64,000 nt of DNA from Candidatus Latescibacterota bacterium (GTDB lineage Bacteria > Latescibacterota > UBA2968). The DNA lies in NCBI GenBank assembly GCA_965116885.1, contig OZ220741.1, positions 4,320,001-4,384,000 of the forward strand, in the 5' to 3' direction. The first letter of the stretch is position 1, and every line of letters starts with the position of its first letter. The translations under genes were made by a program, and so were the position numbers. The notes beneath the pieces are model-generated. The model was not told the DNA's origin and ran no database searches. It was given only the letters and a program-made list of their open reading frames with translations. Below are positions 38,112 to 48,259 of the stretch, piece after piece.

Positions 38112-39590
38112 ATGTCTCAAATGCCCATCATCACTGCCCTTTGCGCCTATGTTTTCCTCACCCTATTGGTCGGCGTCTATGCTGGCAGACGCGTTAAAGA
38201 TTCCGCCGATTTTGTCGTTGCGGGTCGGCGTCTGGGCATCTTGCTGGCTACGGGCACGCTTTCCGCCACCTGGTTTGGCACGGGCACAGTGCTCGGCGCG
38301 GCAGGCGCAGCTTACAAAGGCGGTTTTTTAGCCGTTATCGCCGATCCTTTTGGCGCAGCCCTGTGTCTGTTTCTTGCAGGTCTGTTTTATGTGCGGATGA
38401 TGCGACGCATGGGCGTCTCAACCATTGCCGAATTTTTTGAACGGAGATTTGGCAAAACAGCCGGTGTGGTCGCTGCTGCATGTACTATTCCAGCTTATAT
38501 CGGCTGGGTCGCATCGCTGATGGTGGGGTTTGGAAAAATTATCCACGCGCTCACGGGATTGGATGCGGTGTTAGGTACTTGCCTCGGCGCTGCTATTGTA
38601 CTGATCTATACAACAATAGGCGGCATGTGGGCGGTAACGCTGACAGACTTTATCCAGGTGGCCGTCTTAACTCTGGGACTGATCTTTATGACGCCCGTTC
38701 TCCTGAGCGACATGGGAGGATGGACCGCCATACGAGCGCAACTACCCGATGACCAATTTTATCTCTATCCCCGCGATGCGGATATGACCACCTGGTTTAA
38801 TTATGCGCGCGCCTGGTTGGTAATTGGCCTGGGCAATCTCGCAGGGCAGGACCTTTTGCAACGCAGCTTATCCAGCCGAAACGAATCCGTCGCGCAAAAC
38901 AGCGCGTACCTCTCTGGTATTATTTACCTGACCGTTGGCCTCTTACCCGTTTTCCTGGGCATTGCAGCCACCCTCACATTTCCCAATCTGAGCGACCCAG
39001 AGCAGGTGATGATGAAACTCGCTGAAACCTATCTTCCCCCACTCGGCATGGCCGTTTTTATCGGCGCTTTGATCTCCGCACTGATGAGCAGTGCCGACAG
39101 CGCCTTGCTCGCTCCTGCCAGCGTGATCGGCAACGACCTGATCCGCTACCTGCGCCCCGATATTGACGCGCGAACCCAACTTCGCCTGTGCCGCTTGAGT
39201 GTCCCCATCCTCGGCATCATAGCGCTTTATCTCGCGCTTTCGCACGACACGGTTTACACGCTGATGGTCGATTCCTGGTCTATCTTACTGGCGACCCTCT
39301 TTGTACCTCTCACTGCGGGTATCTGGTGGCGCAACGCCAATCGCTCTGGCGCACTCTGGTCGATGATTTCAGGTGCGATCACCTATCTCATCCTGCTCCA
39401 AATCGCGCCTGACCAACCCGCCGATCTCCTCGCAGTACCAATCGGCCTTCTCGCACTTGTCATCATAACCAAAGCCACCACAAAAACTGATCCACCCTTG
39501 CCCTTGAGCGATACGTCAGGAACACCTCTCCCCTATACAAACCGCCTGGGAGCTCTAAATCCGCTTCGAGGTTCATCCAATGGGAGATAA
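38112..39590 (+). CDS. Sodium:solute symporter family protein
   Basis: DFVVAGR, YTTIGGMWAVTLTD, QR, SALMSSADS; SD GGAGG. Confidence 0.9.
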   Translation: MSQMPIITALCAYVFLTLLVGVYAGRRVKDSADFVVAGRRLGILLATGTLSATWFGTGTVLGAAGAAYKGGFLAVIADPFGAALCLFLAGLFYVRMMRRMGVSTIAEFFERRFGKTAGVVAAACTIPAYIGWVASLMVGFGKIIHALTGLDAVLGTCLGAAIVLIYTTIGGMWAVTLTDFIQVAVLTLGLIFMTPVLLSDMGGWTAIRAQLPDDQFYLYPRDADMTTWFNYARAWLVIGLGNLAGQDLLQRSLSSRNESVAQNSAYLSGIIYLTVGLLPVFLGIAATLTFPNLSDPEQVMMKLAETYLPPLGMAVFIGALISALMSSADSALLAPASVIGNDLIRYLRPDIDARTQLRLCRLSVPILGIIALYLALSHDTVYTLMVDSWSILLATLFVPLTAGIWWRNANRSGALWSMISGAITYLILLQIAPDQPADLLAVPIGLLALVIITKATTKTDPPLPLSDTSGTPLPYTNRLGALNPLRGSSNGR

Positions 39591-39596
39591 TACTTT

Positions 39597-40301
39597 ATGA
39601 ATAACGAAAAATTTGATGCGCGCTTTGAGCCTACTTATGGCGTCTCAGAGGCGGCTCGCTATCTAAATATTCCGCCTTCTACGCTCAGGTCTTGGATATC
39701 AGGGGTACAGTATCGTTCTGATCGAAGTAACTTTGAACCTGTTATTAGTGTACCTCCATCAGAAATCGTGCAACTATCTTTTGTCAACTTAGTGGAGGCC
39801 CATGTCCTGGTGGCACTTCGCAGAATCCACAAGGTGCGTTTGCAGGATATCCGGGTGGCACTGGATACACTTGAAAAACAGTTTCCAGAGCAACCGCATC
39901 CTCTGGCTTTTAAGTCTTTCGCAACGGATGGAAAAGATCTGTTCATAGACCATATCGGGCAGCTTATCAATCTCTCCAAACGCGGACAACTGGAAATGGA
40001 AGAAGTCATCGACATGTATCTTCATCGTATTGAGTATGATACAAGTGGACCCGTTATCTTGTATCCCTTTACGCGAGGTCCATTCCAGGAAGATGATCAA
40101 CCGAAAGCCGTCTTGATGAATCCTTATATTTCCTTTGGACGTCCTGTGCTTGCAGGGAGAGGTGTGCCGACCGAATTGGTCTTTGAGCGGTTCAACGCAG
40201 GTGAGTTAATGGACTCACTGGCTGAAGATTATAGGCGTGAGAGATGGGAGATTGAAGAGGCTATAAGGTATGAATCGGCCAGAAGCAGAAAAGCCGCTTG
40301 A
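39597..40301 (+). CDS. HTH plus DUF433 antitoxin-like protein (VapB45-like)
   Basis: YGVSEAARYL..STLRSW, LSFVNLVEAHVL, PYISFGRPV, EEAIRYE. Confidence 0.85.
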   Translation: MNNEKFDARFEPTYGVSEAARYLNIPPSTLRSWISGVQYRSDRSNFEPVISVPPSEIVQLSFVNLVEAHVLVALRRIHKVRLQDIRVALDTLEKQFPEQPHPLAFKSFATDGKDLFIDHIGQLINLSKRGQLEMEEVIDMYLHRIEYDTSGPVILYPFTRGPFQEDDQPKAVLMNPYISFGRPVLAGRGVPTELVFERFNAGELMDSLAEDYRRERWEIEEAIRYESARSRKAA

Positions 40302-40341
40302 CCTTCCACTCGTTTTTGTGGAAATATATCTCAATCAGTAA
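40270..40341 (+). pseudogene. Possible truncated remnant of the cognate PIN toxin
   Basis: Overlapping 23-aa ORF MNRPEAEKPLDLPLVFVEIYLNQ*, at the position and with the hydrophobic strand expected at the start of a PIN toxin. Confidence 0.35.
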
Positions 40342-40400
40342 ACTTGTAGGGAGTCATTGAAGGCGACTTCAATTGAGATGCGAATAAAGAGGTTTTGACA

Positions 40401-40652
40401 ATGAAACATTCAGACTGGACACAAGCTGATTCACGCGAAGCCAAACAGATCTGGAAGGAATACCAAAAGCAGCATAATCTCTCGGACCGAATTGGGCAAA
40501 CGGCGGGGATTGATCCGAAAAGTAGGCGCATTTGGTTTGGCTCTTCAATTAGAGATATTGTCCTCCAAAGAAATACTGAAGGATTGAATTCTCCTATTTT
40601 CTTTGAACGTGTTGGCTCCGAAACCTATTTCCGCAAAGGAGTTCGTCGGTGA
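40401..40652 (+). CDS. Small hypothetical protein
   Basis: 83-aa ORF with GAGG SD and GTGA overlap with the next frame. Confidence 0.6.
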   Translation: MKHSDWTQADSREAKQIWKEYQKQHNLSDRIGQTAGIDPKSRRIWFGSSIRDIVLQRNTEGLNSPIFFERVGSETYFRKGVRR

Positions 40653-40690
40653 TTCACGGAGAAGTTTCGAGTGACGCGCCAGTTATTGTT

Positions 40691-41164
40691 ATGAAACCAA
40701 ATGTTTATATTGAATCAACGGTCATCAGCTACCTGACTGCAAGACCAAGTAGAGATCTAATTGTTGCAGCACACCAGCAAATTACTGTGGAGTGGTGGGA
40801 AGATGTACATCCTCAAGTAAATGGTTTCATATCTCCGTTTGTGAATCAAGAAATATCTCGTGGAGACTCTGATGCTGCACAGAAACGAATTGAAGTGGTG
40901 AAAGACTTGTCGGTTTTAGAAATCAACGATGAAATTCAAAAATTGGCAGAAAAATACTCTGTTGCGCTTGAAATTCCCGAAAAAGCAAAGATAGATGCCG
41001 CTCACCTTGCGGTTGCCGTTTGGCACGAAATGGATTATCTTCTAAGTTGGAATTGCAGACATATTGTTAGCGGTCGAGTCAAAAAATCACTTGAAGAAAT
41101 CAACGTCATTTTGGATTTAAAAACGCCTGTGATGTGTACCCCTGAAGAGTTAATGGAGGTATAA
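40691..41164 (+). CDS. VapC-like PIN-domain toxin
   Basis: VYIESTVISYL, DAAHLAVA, YLLSWNCRHI, CTPEEL. Confidence 0.88.
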   Translation: MKPNVYIESTVISYLTARPSRDLIVAAHQQITVEWWEDVHPQVNGFISPFVNQEISRGDSDAAQKRIEVVKDLSVLEINDEIQKLAEKYSVALEIPEKAKIDAAHLAVAVWHEMDYLLSWNCRHIVSGRVKKSLEEINVILDLKTPVMCTPEELMEV

Positions 41165-41168
41165 CCCC

Positions 41169-41354
41169 ATGTGGAAAGATCCTATAGTGGAAGAAATCCG
41201 CGCCATTCGCTTAGATATAGAAGCGGAATGTGATCATAATTTTGATAAGATATTCGCACGAGCGATTGAAGCTCAAAAAAAGTTAGGAAATCGGCTTGTT
41301 TCCAAACCCACTTCACAATATTCTAAAAAGAAAGTGACGCGCCAAAGTTGGTAA
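41169..41354 (+). CDS. Small putative antitoxin partner
   Basis: MWKDPIVEEIRAIR N-terminus typical of small genes downstream of this PIN subfamily; SD GGAGG. Confidence 0.7.
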   Translation: MWKDPIVEEIRAIRLDIEAECDHNFDKIFARAIEAQKKLGNRLVSKPTSQYSKKKVTRQSW

Positions 41355-41373
41355 AATCTCTGCCCAAAAAAAC

Positions 41374-41410
41374 AAAGGCGCGGTTCCAGAATAAAGGAAC
41401 GGCGCCTTTT
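41374..41410. terminator. Bidirectional terminator
   Basis: AAAGGCGC-g-GTTCC...GGAAC-g-GCGCCTTT between convergent genes. Confidence 0.7.
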
Positions 41411-41419
41411 CTATGGGGA

Positions 41420-41647
41420 CTATGTAGAATAGTGCCTAATTTCCTCAATCAGTGTATAAGGCGCTTCCTCATCTTCCATACCACGCATCGCCGATGTAAG
41501 AGATAAGTCGGTCCACATCGTATCTTCTTCACGGTCTTTCGGTATTTTGTGCCGCGATTTAAGAAATTCGACAAAATCGAGAACTTCCCGCAGTACAGGC
41601 TCTGGAAGAGTTTGCAAATGTTGAGAAATATGATCTAATGTTGTCAT
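41420..41647 (-). CDS. DUF2281-like small protein
   Basis: LQTLPEPVLREVLDFVEFLK. Confidence 0.75.
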   Translation of the reverse strand: MTTLDHISQHLQTLPEPVLREVLDFVEFLKSRHKIPKDREEDTMWTDLSLTSAMRGMEDEEAPYTLIEEIRHYST

Positions 41648-41665
41648 AACAAAGTCCTCATAAAA

Positions 41666-41692
41666 TGGGCGAACACACAGACCCGCTCCCCA
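41666..41692. repeat. Degenerate REP-like element
   Basis: Minus strand reads TGGGGAGCGGGTCTGTGTGTTCGCCCA, resembling GTAGGGGCG-n-CGCCC REPs. Confidence 0.35.
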
Positions 41693-41695
41693 TAA

Positions 41696-42454
41696 TCATC
41701 CCACCCGAACGCGATTAATCTTGCTCGCGGCGACACCAGCACCAAACCCATTGTCGATATTGACCACGGTCACGCCCGACGCACAACTGTTCAACATACC
41801 CAGCAATGCAGCCAACCCCTTAAAACTCGCCCCATATCCCACGCTCGTCGGCACGGCAATAAGCGGCACATCGACTAAGCCACCAACCACACTGGGCAGC
41901 GCCCCTTCCATCCCGGCCACCACGATAATCACACGCGCATCCAATAGGCGTTCCTTACACGCCAGCAAACGGTGAATCCCGGCAACTCCCACATCGTAAA
42001 GTGTTTCGACCTCATTCCCCATCACCCGCGCGGTTTCCACGGCTTCTTCCGCCACGGGCAAATCGGATGTGCCCGCGGACACCACCAGAATTTTGCCAAC
42101 TGTTTCCGCAGCGGGAATCTCCCCTGCGACGACCACTGTGCGAGCGAGCGCATTGACATTTGCATCGGGATATTTTGCGACCAGAGCATCCCGCATCTCT
42201 GCATTTGTGCGCGTCGCCAGCAGTACTGCACCCGATGACACAATGCGGTCTGCTATGGCGGTCACTTGCTCAGTTGTCTTTCCCTCACAAAAAATAACTT
42301 CGGGAAACCCCTGTCTCAGCGTGCGGTGGTGGTCTATGCGCGCAAAACCAAGCTCTTCAAAAGGCAGGTGCGCGAGGTGTGTAAACGCCTCATCCACATC
42401 CGTTTGCCCCTGTGCAACAGCTTCTAACAACGCGCGTATGCGTTCCGGTGTCAC
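41696..42454 (-). CDS. larB: Nickel-pincer cofactor biosynthesis carboxylase/hydrolase (PurE-like)
   Basis: [58 protein letters not shown]. Confidence 0.93.
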   Translation of the reverse strand: MTPERIRALLEAVAQGQTDVDEAFTHLAHLPFEELGFARIDHHRTLRQGFPEVIFCEGKTTEQVTAIADRIVSSGAVLLATRTNAEMRDALVAKYPDANVNALARTVVVAGEIPAAETVGKILVVSAGTSDLPVAEEAVETARVMGNEVETLYDVGVAGIHRLLACKERLLDARVIIVVAGMEGALPSVVGGLVDVPLIAVPTSVGYGASFKGLAALLGMLNSCASGVTVVNIDNGFGAGVAASKINRVRVG

Positions 42455-43434
42455 GCCGCCACCCCCGCTTTGATCTGTCCCAGCAAATCCATGAGATGAT
42501 TCGGATCGTCTTCTGTCATCAACGTGCGACGATAAGGCGTAGCGCCGGGCACACCCTTGATATACGCCGCGAGATGCCGGCGCATTTCCAGGACGCCATA
42601 GCGCAATCCCTTAAACGCAATGGACGCCTTGAGATGGTGAACAGCCATTTCGAGGCGGTCCCTATCCGTTGGTCCGGGCAATAATTCTCCCGTATTAAGA
42701 AAGACTTCCATGCGCTTAAAAAGCCATGGATTGCCAATAGCCCATCGTCCCACCATCACCAGATCGCAACCCGTTTTCTGCATCATCTCCTTTGCAGCCT
42801 CTGGCCCGCGCACATCGCCATTGCCGATTACGGGAATCGAAACCGCGTTTTTGACTTCCGCGATAATATCCCAATCTGCTCTGCCCGCAAATTTTGCCTC
42901 GCGCGTACGCCCATGCACGGCAATTGCCGCTGCACCAGAATCTTCAGCAATCCGCGCAACTTTAACTGCCTGATCGGCTTGCGCCCATCCACTTCTAATT
43001 TTCAGTGTCACGGGAATATCCACGGCGTGCACCATTGCAGCAATGATTTGTCCCAAAAGATCAGGCGTTTTGAGCAAGGCCGCACCCGCATTTCGCGTCA
43101 CGATTTTTTTTACCGGACACCCGCAATTGATGTCGATAATATCCGGATTGCGCTCCGCCACAACCCGAGCACCTTCGGCCATGATCTCGGGGTCTGAGCC
43201 AAACAACTGCGCGGAAATCGGAAACTCATCGGGTTCAAAATCGAGATATTGATTCGACCTCTCACTGCCCTCGGCCAATCCTTTGGCACTGACCATTTCT
43301 GTAACCGCAAAACTCGCGCCCTGTTGCCGGCACAGCATGCGAAATGACCGGTCTGTAATACCAGCCAATGGTGCCAGCGCTGTCCGTCCGGGAATATTTA
43401 CATTGCCAATTTTTACGCCCATATCATCATTCAT
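42451..43434 (-). CDS. dusB: tRNA-dihydrouridine synthase B
   Basis: [36 protein letters not shown]. Confidence 0.92.
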   Translation of the reverse strand: MNDDMGVKIGNVNIPGRTALAPLAGITDRSFRMLCRQQGASFAVTEMVSAKGLAEGSERSNQYLDFEPDEFPISAQLFGSDPEIMAEGARVVAERNPDIIDINCGCPVKKIVTRNAGAALLKTPDLLGQIIAAMVHAVDIPVTLKIRSGWAQADQAVKVARIAEDSGAAAIAVHGRTREAKFAGRADWDIIAEVKNAVSIPVIGNGDVRGPEAAKEMMQKTGCDLVMVGRWAIGNPWLFKRMEVFLNTGELLPGPTDRDRLEMAVHHLKASIAFKGLRYGVLEMRRHLAAYIKGVPGATPYRRTLMTEDDPNHLMDLLGQIKAGVAA

Positions 43435-44281
43435 CCCGATAACTTTCTCGCGCTTCTAACAATACGTTTGACAATTGTTCGGCAAATTTCACCTGACTGT
43501 TGTCCTCGGGTTCATAGCCAATTTTCTTTCGCGCATTGGAGATCGTCCAGAAATTGTGCGAATTGCCGCTAATACCATAAAAAATTTGAAACGGAATCCC
43601 ATATTCATCTTCGATATTTTCAGTTTCAATGCTCTTCACAATCAACTGCACCTGATCCCGAATGCTCAAATACGCGCCCAAGCCTCGATGCATGCTTTTC
43701 AAATTCGTGGATTTTGCGCGATCCATATCCGTCTCACGCGGGCCACCTATTCGAATCTGCACATTCTCCAGCTTCTTACCGCCGTTCATCAATCCCGTTG
43801 CAAAGGTAAAGCCCAACAACTCGTATTGCGCCTTTGCCCAGCCGTAATAATTATCGGAAAGCGGGTACATCTCTGGCGTTACAAATTCCTGCTTGCCTGC
43901 CCAGATCAGATTCTCGTAATAATCTGCCGCGTGATTTGAACTGATGATCACAGCGCGCCGGACATTTTCCTCCACACACGTCTGATACACATTGTGCGCC
44001 ATATCGATATTCGTCATCTCTGCCCAGAAGCGATCCGCATCATCTCTTGTCCGAACAAATCCGCAGTGGATAATCGCATCCTGTCCCCTGAAATACTCCC
44101 GATACGCATCCCGGTCCCGATTCGTCAAATCCGCAATCACCACATCGCGTACTTCCTCGCCTTCGCGATTGGTCGTCTTCACGTCTAAAATGGTCAGGTC
44201 ATATCGCTCGCGCAAGACAGGCAACATCCGCCCGGCCACATAACCCGTACCTCCCGTAATGAGCACTTTTCTCTTCGCCAT
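43427..44281 (-). CDS. NAD-dependent epimerase/dehydratase (uronate dehydrogenase-like SDR)
   Basis: ITGGTGYVA, SSNHA, YGWAK, ARKKIGYEPED. Confidence 0.82.
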   Translation of the reverse strand: MAKRKVLITGGTGYVAGRMLPVLRERYDLTILDVKTTNREGEEVRDVVIADLTNRDRDAYREYFRGQDAIIHCGFVRTRDDADRFWAEMTNIDMAHNVYQTCVEENVRRAVIISSNHAADYYENLIWAGKQEFVTPEMYPLSDNYYGWAKAQYELLGFTFATGLMNGGKKLENVQIRIGGPRETDMDRAKSTNLKSMHRGLGAYLSIRDQVQLIVKSIETENIEDEYGIPFQIFYGISGNSHNFWTISNARKKIGYEPEDNSQVKFAEQLSNVLLEARESYRDE

Positions 44282-44302
44282 ATCAACTCCTCAAATCAAT
44301 CA

Positions 44303-45061
44303 TCACGACAATGGAAATGGCATCCCGACCTTTGCAAAATGTCCAAATTGGTCTTCTCCGCGTAGCACAATAGGCTCCCAGGACTGCTTGTGTGAATTGA
44401 GCGTGGTCTGTTTGACATGCGGAGGGATAAATCGCACGGTCAGTCCGCATCGCCGTCGGTTTGACCGATTGGGATTGCTCGCGTGAAATAATTGCCCGTC
44501 GTGAACCGACATCTGCCCTGCTCTCAACACAATATCGACCGCCGCGCTATCATCCACATATTCATCTGGGATCTCCTGGTTAATACTCAGCAAATTGCCT
44601 TCCCGCGCGGATTTGTCGTGTACTGCAATCCCATTTTTGTGCGATCCCGGAATAAAACGCATACACCCATTCTCCACATCCGCGTCGTCAATGGCGATCC
44701 AGGCTGTATGTGCAATGGGCGGTTTCAGCCCCCAGTACGTAATATCTTGATGCCACGCCACAAATATCTTTGCCTCTGGATCGGGATATTTGCAAAAAAA
44801 GTGAGTGGATAACAGCATCACATTGTCGCCCATCACAGCCTGCATCACGTCTAAGATTCGCTTATCCGTTGCCAGTTGCCAGATAAATGCCTCGTCAAAA
44901 TGCCGCCCCTGCAAACCGATCTGGCATTTCTCCTTGCCTTCGCGCGCTTCCAAATCGTCAAATAACGCGCGAAAATGCCCGATCTCGCGTTCTGAAAACA
45001 CATCGACTTCTGTCAAAAATCCCTGCGTCTCATAAGTTTCGACCATAGAATCTAAAGACAT
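44303..45061 (-). CDS. PhyH-like Fe(II)/2-oxoglutarate dioxygenase
   Basis: WHQD, WIAIDDA..ENGCM..IPGSH, HASNPNRS..RR; start set at ATG 45061 after AAGGA. Confidence 0.9.
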   Translation of the reverse strand: MSLDSMVETYETQGFLTEVDVFSEREIGHFRALFDDLEAREGKEKCQIGLQGRHFDEAFIWQLATDKRILDVMQAVMGDNVMLLSTHFFCKYPDPEAKIFVAWHQDITYWGLKPPIAHTAWIAIDDADVENGCMRFIPGSHKNGIAVHDKSAREGNLLSINQEIPDEYVDDSAAVDIVLRAGQMSVHDGQLFHASNPNRSNRRRCGLTVRFIPPHVKQTTLNSHKQSWEPIVLRGEDQFGHFAKVGMPFPLS

Positions 45062-45236
45062 GGTGCATTCCTTTTGTGAGCAATGGCGAGCTGTATATAA
45101 ACTATTAGGAATATCCCGCACGCGCAACCCGTTTTCCAAATTGCTTAAAAAAGAACCGGTCCAAAAGCGTAGCCACGCAGAGCTTACCTCGCAGTGTTCG
45201 CATATCAAACCGGCTTTTAATTGTTTTATCACCAGT

Positions 45237-46109
45237 TCAGGCGCCGATCTCGCGCAAAAAAGATGGACTCAGCGTACCGCGCGCCACCTCTGCCACAGGT
45301 CCTGCCATCGTCAGGTTAAACGCCTCATCTACATCGATCATCAATGTGCCTCCAGGTGCTTCTACCGTCACAGGTGAGGCGACCAGTCCCAAACGCACCG
45401 CAGCACTTGCCGCAGCACATGACGAAGATCCCGACGCCTGCGTTTCACCTGCGCCGCGTTCCCAGATCAAAATGAAAATTTTTTGGTCACCCGTGGGCAC
45501 GACCAACTGCACATTGGTTCGCCTCGGAAAAATCTCGTGGTTCTCCAACGCAGGTCCCAGGCGCAACAAATCATCGCGCGACCATGCCTCGCCCCTCGGC
45601 TTAAACACCACACAGTGGGGATTGCCCACGCTCACACCCGTAAATACCATATCCTCGCCAGCAGCGGTAATCGGCTGTTCGATCAGTTCTTCCACCTCGA
45701 GCGAACACGGCAATGCCCCTGGTTCAAACGTCGCCTCCCCCATCTCTACAGTCGCCGCACTCGCATCGCCCCATTCGTCAATATGCAAATCAATATGCAC
45801 CAATCCCCCTGGCGTATCGACTGAGAATGACGTTTTATCTACCTTACCAGTAGCATGCAAATATCGCGCAAAAATCCGCAGCCCATTGCCCGATTTCTCC
45901 GCCTCGCTCCCATCTGGATTCCATATCCGCAACCCAAAATCCGCGCGGTCAGACGCTTCCAATGTCAAAATACCATCACTCCCTATCCCCCAATTGCGAT
46001 CACAGATTTTCTCAATGCGCTCTGGCGTCAATTCAAACGTCAACGCCTTTGGATCCATCACCAGATAATCATTGCCCAATCCATGACCCTTAAAAAATCC
46101 GTTCTCCAT
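45237..46109 (-). CDS. dapF: Diaminopimelate epimerase homolog with Ser at both catalytic Cys positions
   Basis: KGHGLGNDY, GIGSDG, NPDGSEAEKSGNG, VGNPH, WERGAGETQASGSS. Confidence 0.8.
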   Translation of the reverse strand: MENGFFKGHGLGNDYLVMDPKALTFELTPERIEKICDRNWGIGSDGILTLEASDRADFGLRIWNPDGSEAEKSGNGLRIFARYLHATGKVDKTSFSVDTPGGLVHIDLHIDEWGDASAATVEMGEATFEPGALPCSLEVEELIEQPITAAGEDMVFTGVSVGNPHCVVFKPRGEAWSRDDLLRLGPALENHEIFPRRTNVQLVVPTGDQKIFILIWERGAGETQASGSSSCAAASAAVRLGLVASPVTVEAPGGTLMIDVDEAFNLTMAGPVAEVARGTLSPSFLREIGA

Positions 46110-46143
46110 AATTACTCCTGTTTTTTCGTAATAATCTAACACC

Positions 46144-47439
46144 CTAACCAACGGTCACCGCGACCCGATGCATCGAATTGTTGAGATATCCCTTCGGATT
46201 CCAGGTAATGGCGTGCGGCTGACTTATGCCTTCCGAATCGGTCGCCTTTGCCCAAATCTCGTAATATCCCGCTTTGGGAAATGCGATCTCCGCCCGCCAG
46301 CTCTGCCATGCATACGCATTCACTGGCTCGTCGAGCTTTGTATCAATCCATGTTGCGCCAAAGTCGATTGACAGACGGACAGCATCAACCTTCCGGTCTC
46401 CTGCCCAGGCGTGTCCGCGCACTTCCAGAGTCCGCTCGCTCATCTTGTGACCGGTAGCAGGATTGGTAATTAACGACTTAACCTTCATAGCGTGGATGAT
46501 CTCGAAGTCCTTCTCATCTACCTTTTCCCCTGGCGCTATCATCCGATTGGGTACCCGATAATCCATCCCCGTCATCTTCGGACCATCGTGAACCTGATCG
46601 CGCAACCAGATGCGGGTCAACCACTTCTGCGAACATGACCCCGACCAACCGGGAATGATCAGGCGCAATGGCGCACCGTTCATAGGATGGATCGGTTTGC
46701 CATTCTGGGTAAAAGCGATAAGGTTATGTTCGTCCATCGCCTTCTCAATCGGCACCCCGCGCGAAAGGGGAAGCCTTCCTTCCTCTCCAGAAACGTGGGT
46801 ATCGGCACCCACATGCGCGGTATAAACCACATTGTCTTTCACCCCGGCAGCCTTGAGAACATCGGATAGGCGAACACCTGTCCACTCCGAACAAGCCACA
46901 GCACCATAGGTCCATTGACTACCATCCGCAGAAGGCTCAAAAAAGGCGCGTCCATTGCCCCCGCACTCCAGCGTCAGTGCCCTATTAACGACTTCAAATC
47001 GCTGTTTGAGATCGTCAATGCTAAGAGCCAGGGGATTATCCACCAGACCATCAATCGTCAGTTTCCAACCCACTGCATCCGTATTCTCCGGCGGAATGCC
47101 ATTGTTGCGGATAAAATGCCTCTCTGTCGGAGTAATAGCGTCATCGAGCAAATGCGGAGGCGTTTCGGCATTCAATGGATGGTCATTGAGCACAGTCAAG
47201 CCATCCTTACCCTGAATCATATCCTCCGAAGCGAGCGCAACAGGAATAAAATGCGCCGGAATATTGCGATGAAACGGAATCGCCGCCCCGACCATTGCCC
47301 CCATCATCGCCAACCCGGCCTTCTTCAAAAATCCCCGCCTGTCGGGATACGTCTCGCGGCCAAACAATAAGCAATCAGCCTCATCGGGATTGCTCTGATA
47401 GAGTTCGAATAAACCTTGTTCTTTAGTGTTTTTGTGCAT
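46144..47439 (-). CDS. Sulfite oxidase family molybdoenzyme (SorA/SoxC-like), Tat-exported
   Basis: RRGFLK twin-Arg motif, NAETP, FIRNN, LECGGN (Mo-ligating Cys), GAPLRL, WNPKGY. Confidence 0.9.
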   Translation of the reverse strand: MHKNTKEQGLFELYQSNPDEADCLLFGRETYPDRRGFLKKAGLAMMGAMVGAAIPFHRNIPAHFIPVALASEDMIQGKDGLTVLNDHPLNAETPPHLLDDAITPTERHFIRNNGIPPENTDAVGWKLTIDGLVDNPLALSIDDLKQRFEVVNRALTLECGGNGRAFFEPSADGSQWTYGAVACSEWTGVRLSDVLKAAGVKDNVVYTAHVGADTHVSGEEGRLPLSRGVPIEKAMDEHNLIAFTQNGKPIHPMNGAPLRLIIPGWSGSCSQKWLTRIWLRDQVHDGPKMTGMDYRVPNRMIAPGEKVDEKDFEIIHAMKVKSLITNPATGHKMSERTLEVRGHAWAGDRKVDAVRLSIDFGATWIDTKLDEPVNAYAWQSWRAEIAFPKAGYYEIWAKATDSEGISQPHAITWNPKGYLNNSMHRVAVTVG

Positions 47440-47510
47440 TATCGCTACCTCTTTATCTGGCGTTGGTAGTCAGAGTTGGATTCAAAGTGGAATTTCATAG
47501 TATTTGCCTA

Positions 47511-48212
47511 TTAGGCAGGATAATCGGTAATGAACCTTTTAACGAAGGTATGAGCGTCTTCGACATCTTCAAATTTAATGTCTGAACCTTTGCCGTGGGC
47601 GGCATCATTGCGAAGGTCTCCAATAGATTGGATACGTCGCCACACGGATTGATTATAGACATTATCATTGCGAAGCAGATCATTATATTTTGAAATGCTT
47701 CCCTGTTTGGGTAATGTCAGCCCCTGTATCTGCACCAGTTTTTGGAGATGGTCTTCAATGACCCCACCAATGAGCACCATAGCAGCAACATGGTAACCCG
47801 CGTTGAGAAGATCCAATGATTGTGTAAGAAAATCCTCGTGGATATTGGCACGAAGCCTAGATTCAAGTGATATCAATAACCCCTGGGCAACTGCATCGCG
47901 AAGGGCTATAAGCACGCCAGTTATAGTAGAAAAGAGTAACCTTTCATCACCAATCGCAAGTCGCACAGGTACACTTTGAGGAGTATTTTCATAGTATAGG
48001 CTGTTCTCGTCAGCGATTTGTTCGATAGTAGCACGAGAGGAAATCACAAATGCTCTGAGTTCTGCTTCTGAAGCACCAGACTTGTATGGTGGGGTGCCAT
48101 AATCATAATCATAGTCATCATAATCATCATAATCACACCTTTGAAATGACGCTGTTAATCGTTGGCCTGTTTCGATGAGTGTGTCAAGCTGTGTTAATAT
48201 TTCCGTCTTCAT
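47511..48212 (-). CDS. HEPN-like (DUF4145-type) domain protein
   Basis: C-terminal AAMVLIGGVIEDHL and LRNDAAHG (Rx4H). Confidence 0.72.
   Translation of the reverse strand: MKTEILTQLDTLIETGQRLTASFQRCDYDDYDDYDYDYGTPPYKSGASEAELRAFVISSRATIEQIADENSLYYENTPQSVPVRLAIGDERLLFSTITGVLIALRDAVAQGLLISLESRLRANIHEDFLTQSLDLLNAGYHVAAMVLIGGVIEDHLQKLVQIQGLTLPKQGSISKYNDLLRNDNVYNQSVWRRIQSIGDLRNDAAHGKGSDIKFEDVEDAHTFVKRFITDYPA
48097..48138. repeat. Low-complexity repeat encoding DYDDYDDYDYDY inside the HEPN gene
   Basis: Imperfect CATAAT/CATCAT units on the + strand. Confidence 0.75.
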
Positions 48213-48259
48213 TGTGCATCGTCCGTGGGTTCAAGTTGCATGGCCTAAAAATTAGCATA

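Noticed and set aside
45062..45232. Longer N-terminus for the PhyH ORF (similar extensions at 5035, 6659, 11476, 12198, 26255, 33547, 38037 and 52228)
   Set aside because: Downstream ATGs have better SD or coupling context and match family N-termini
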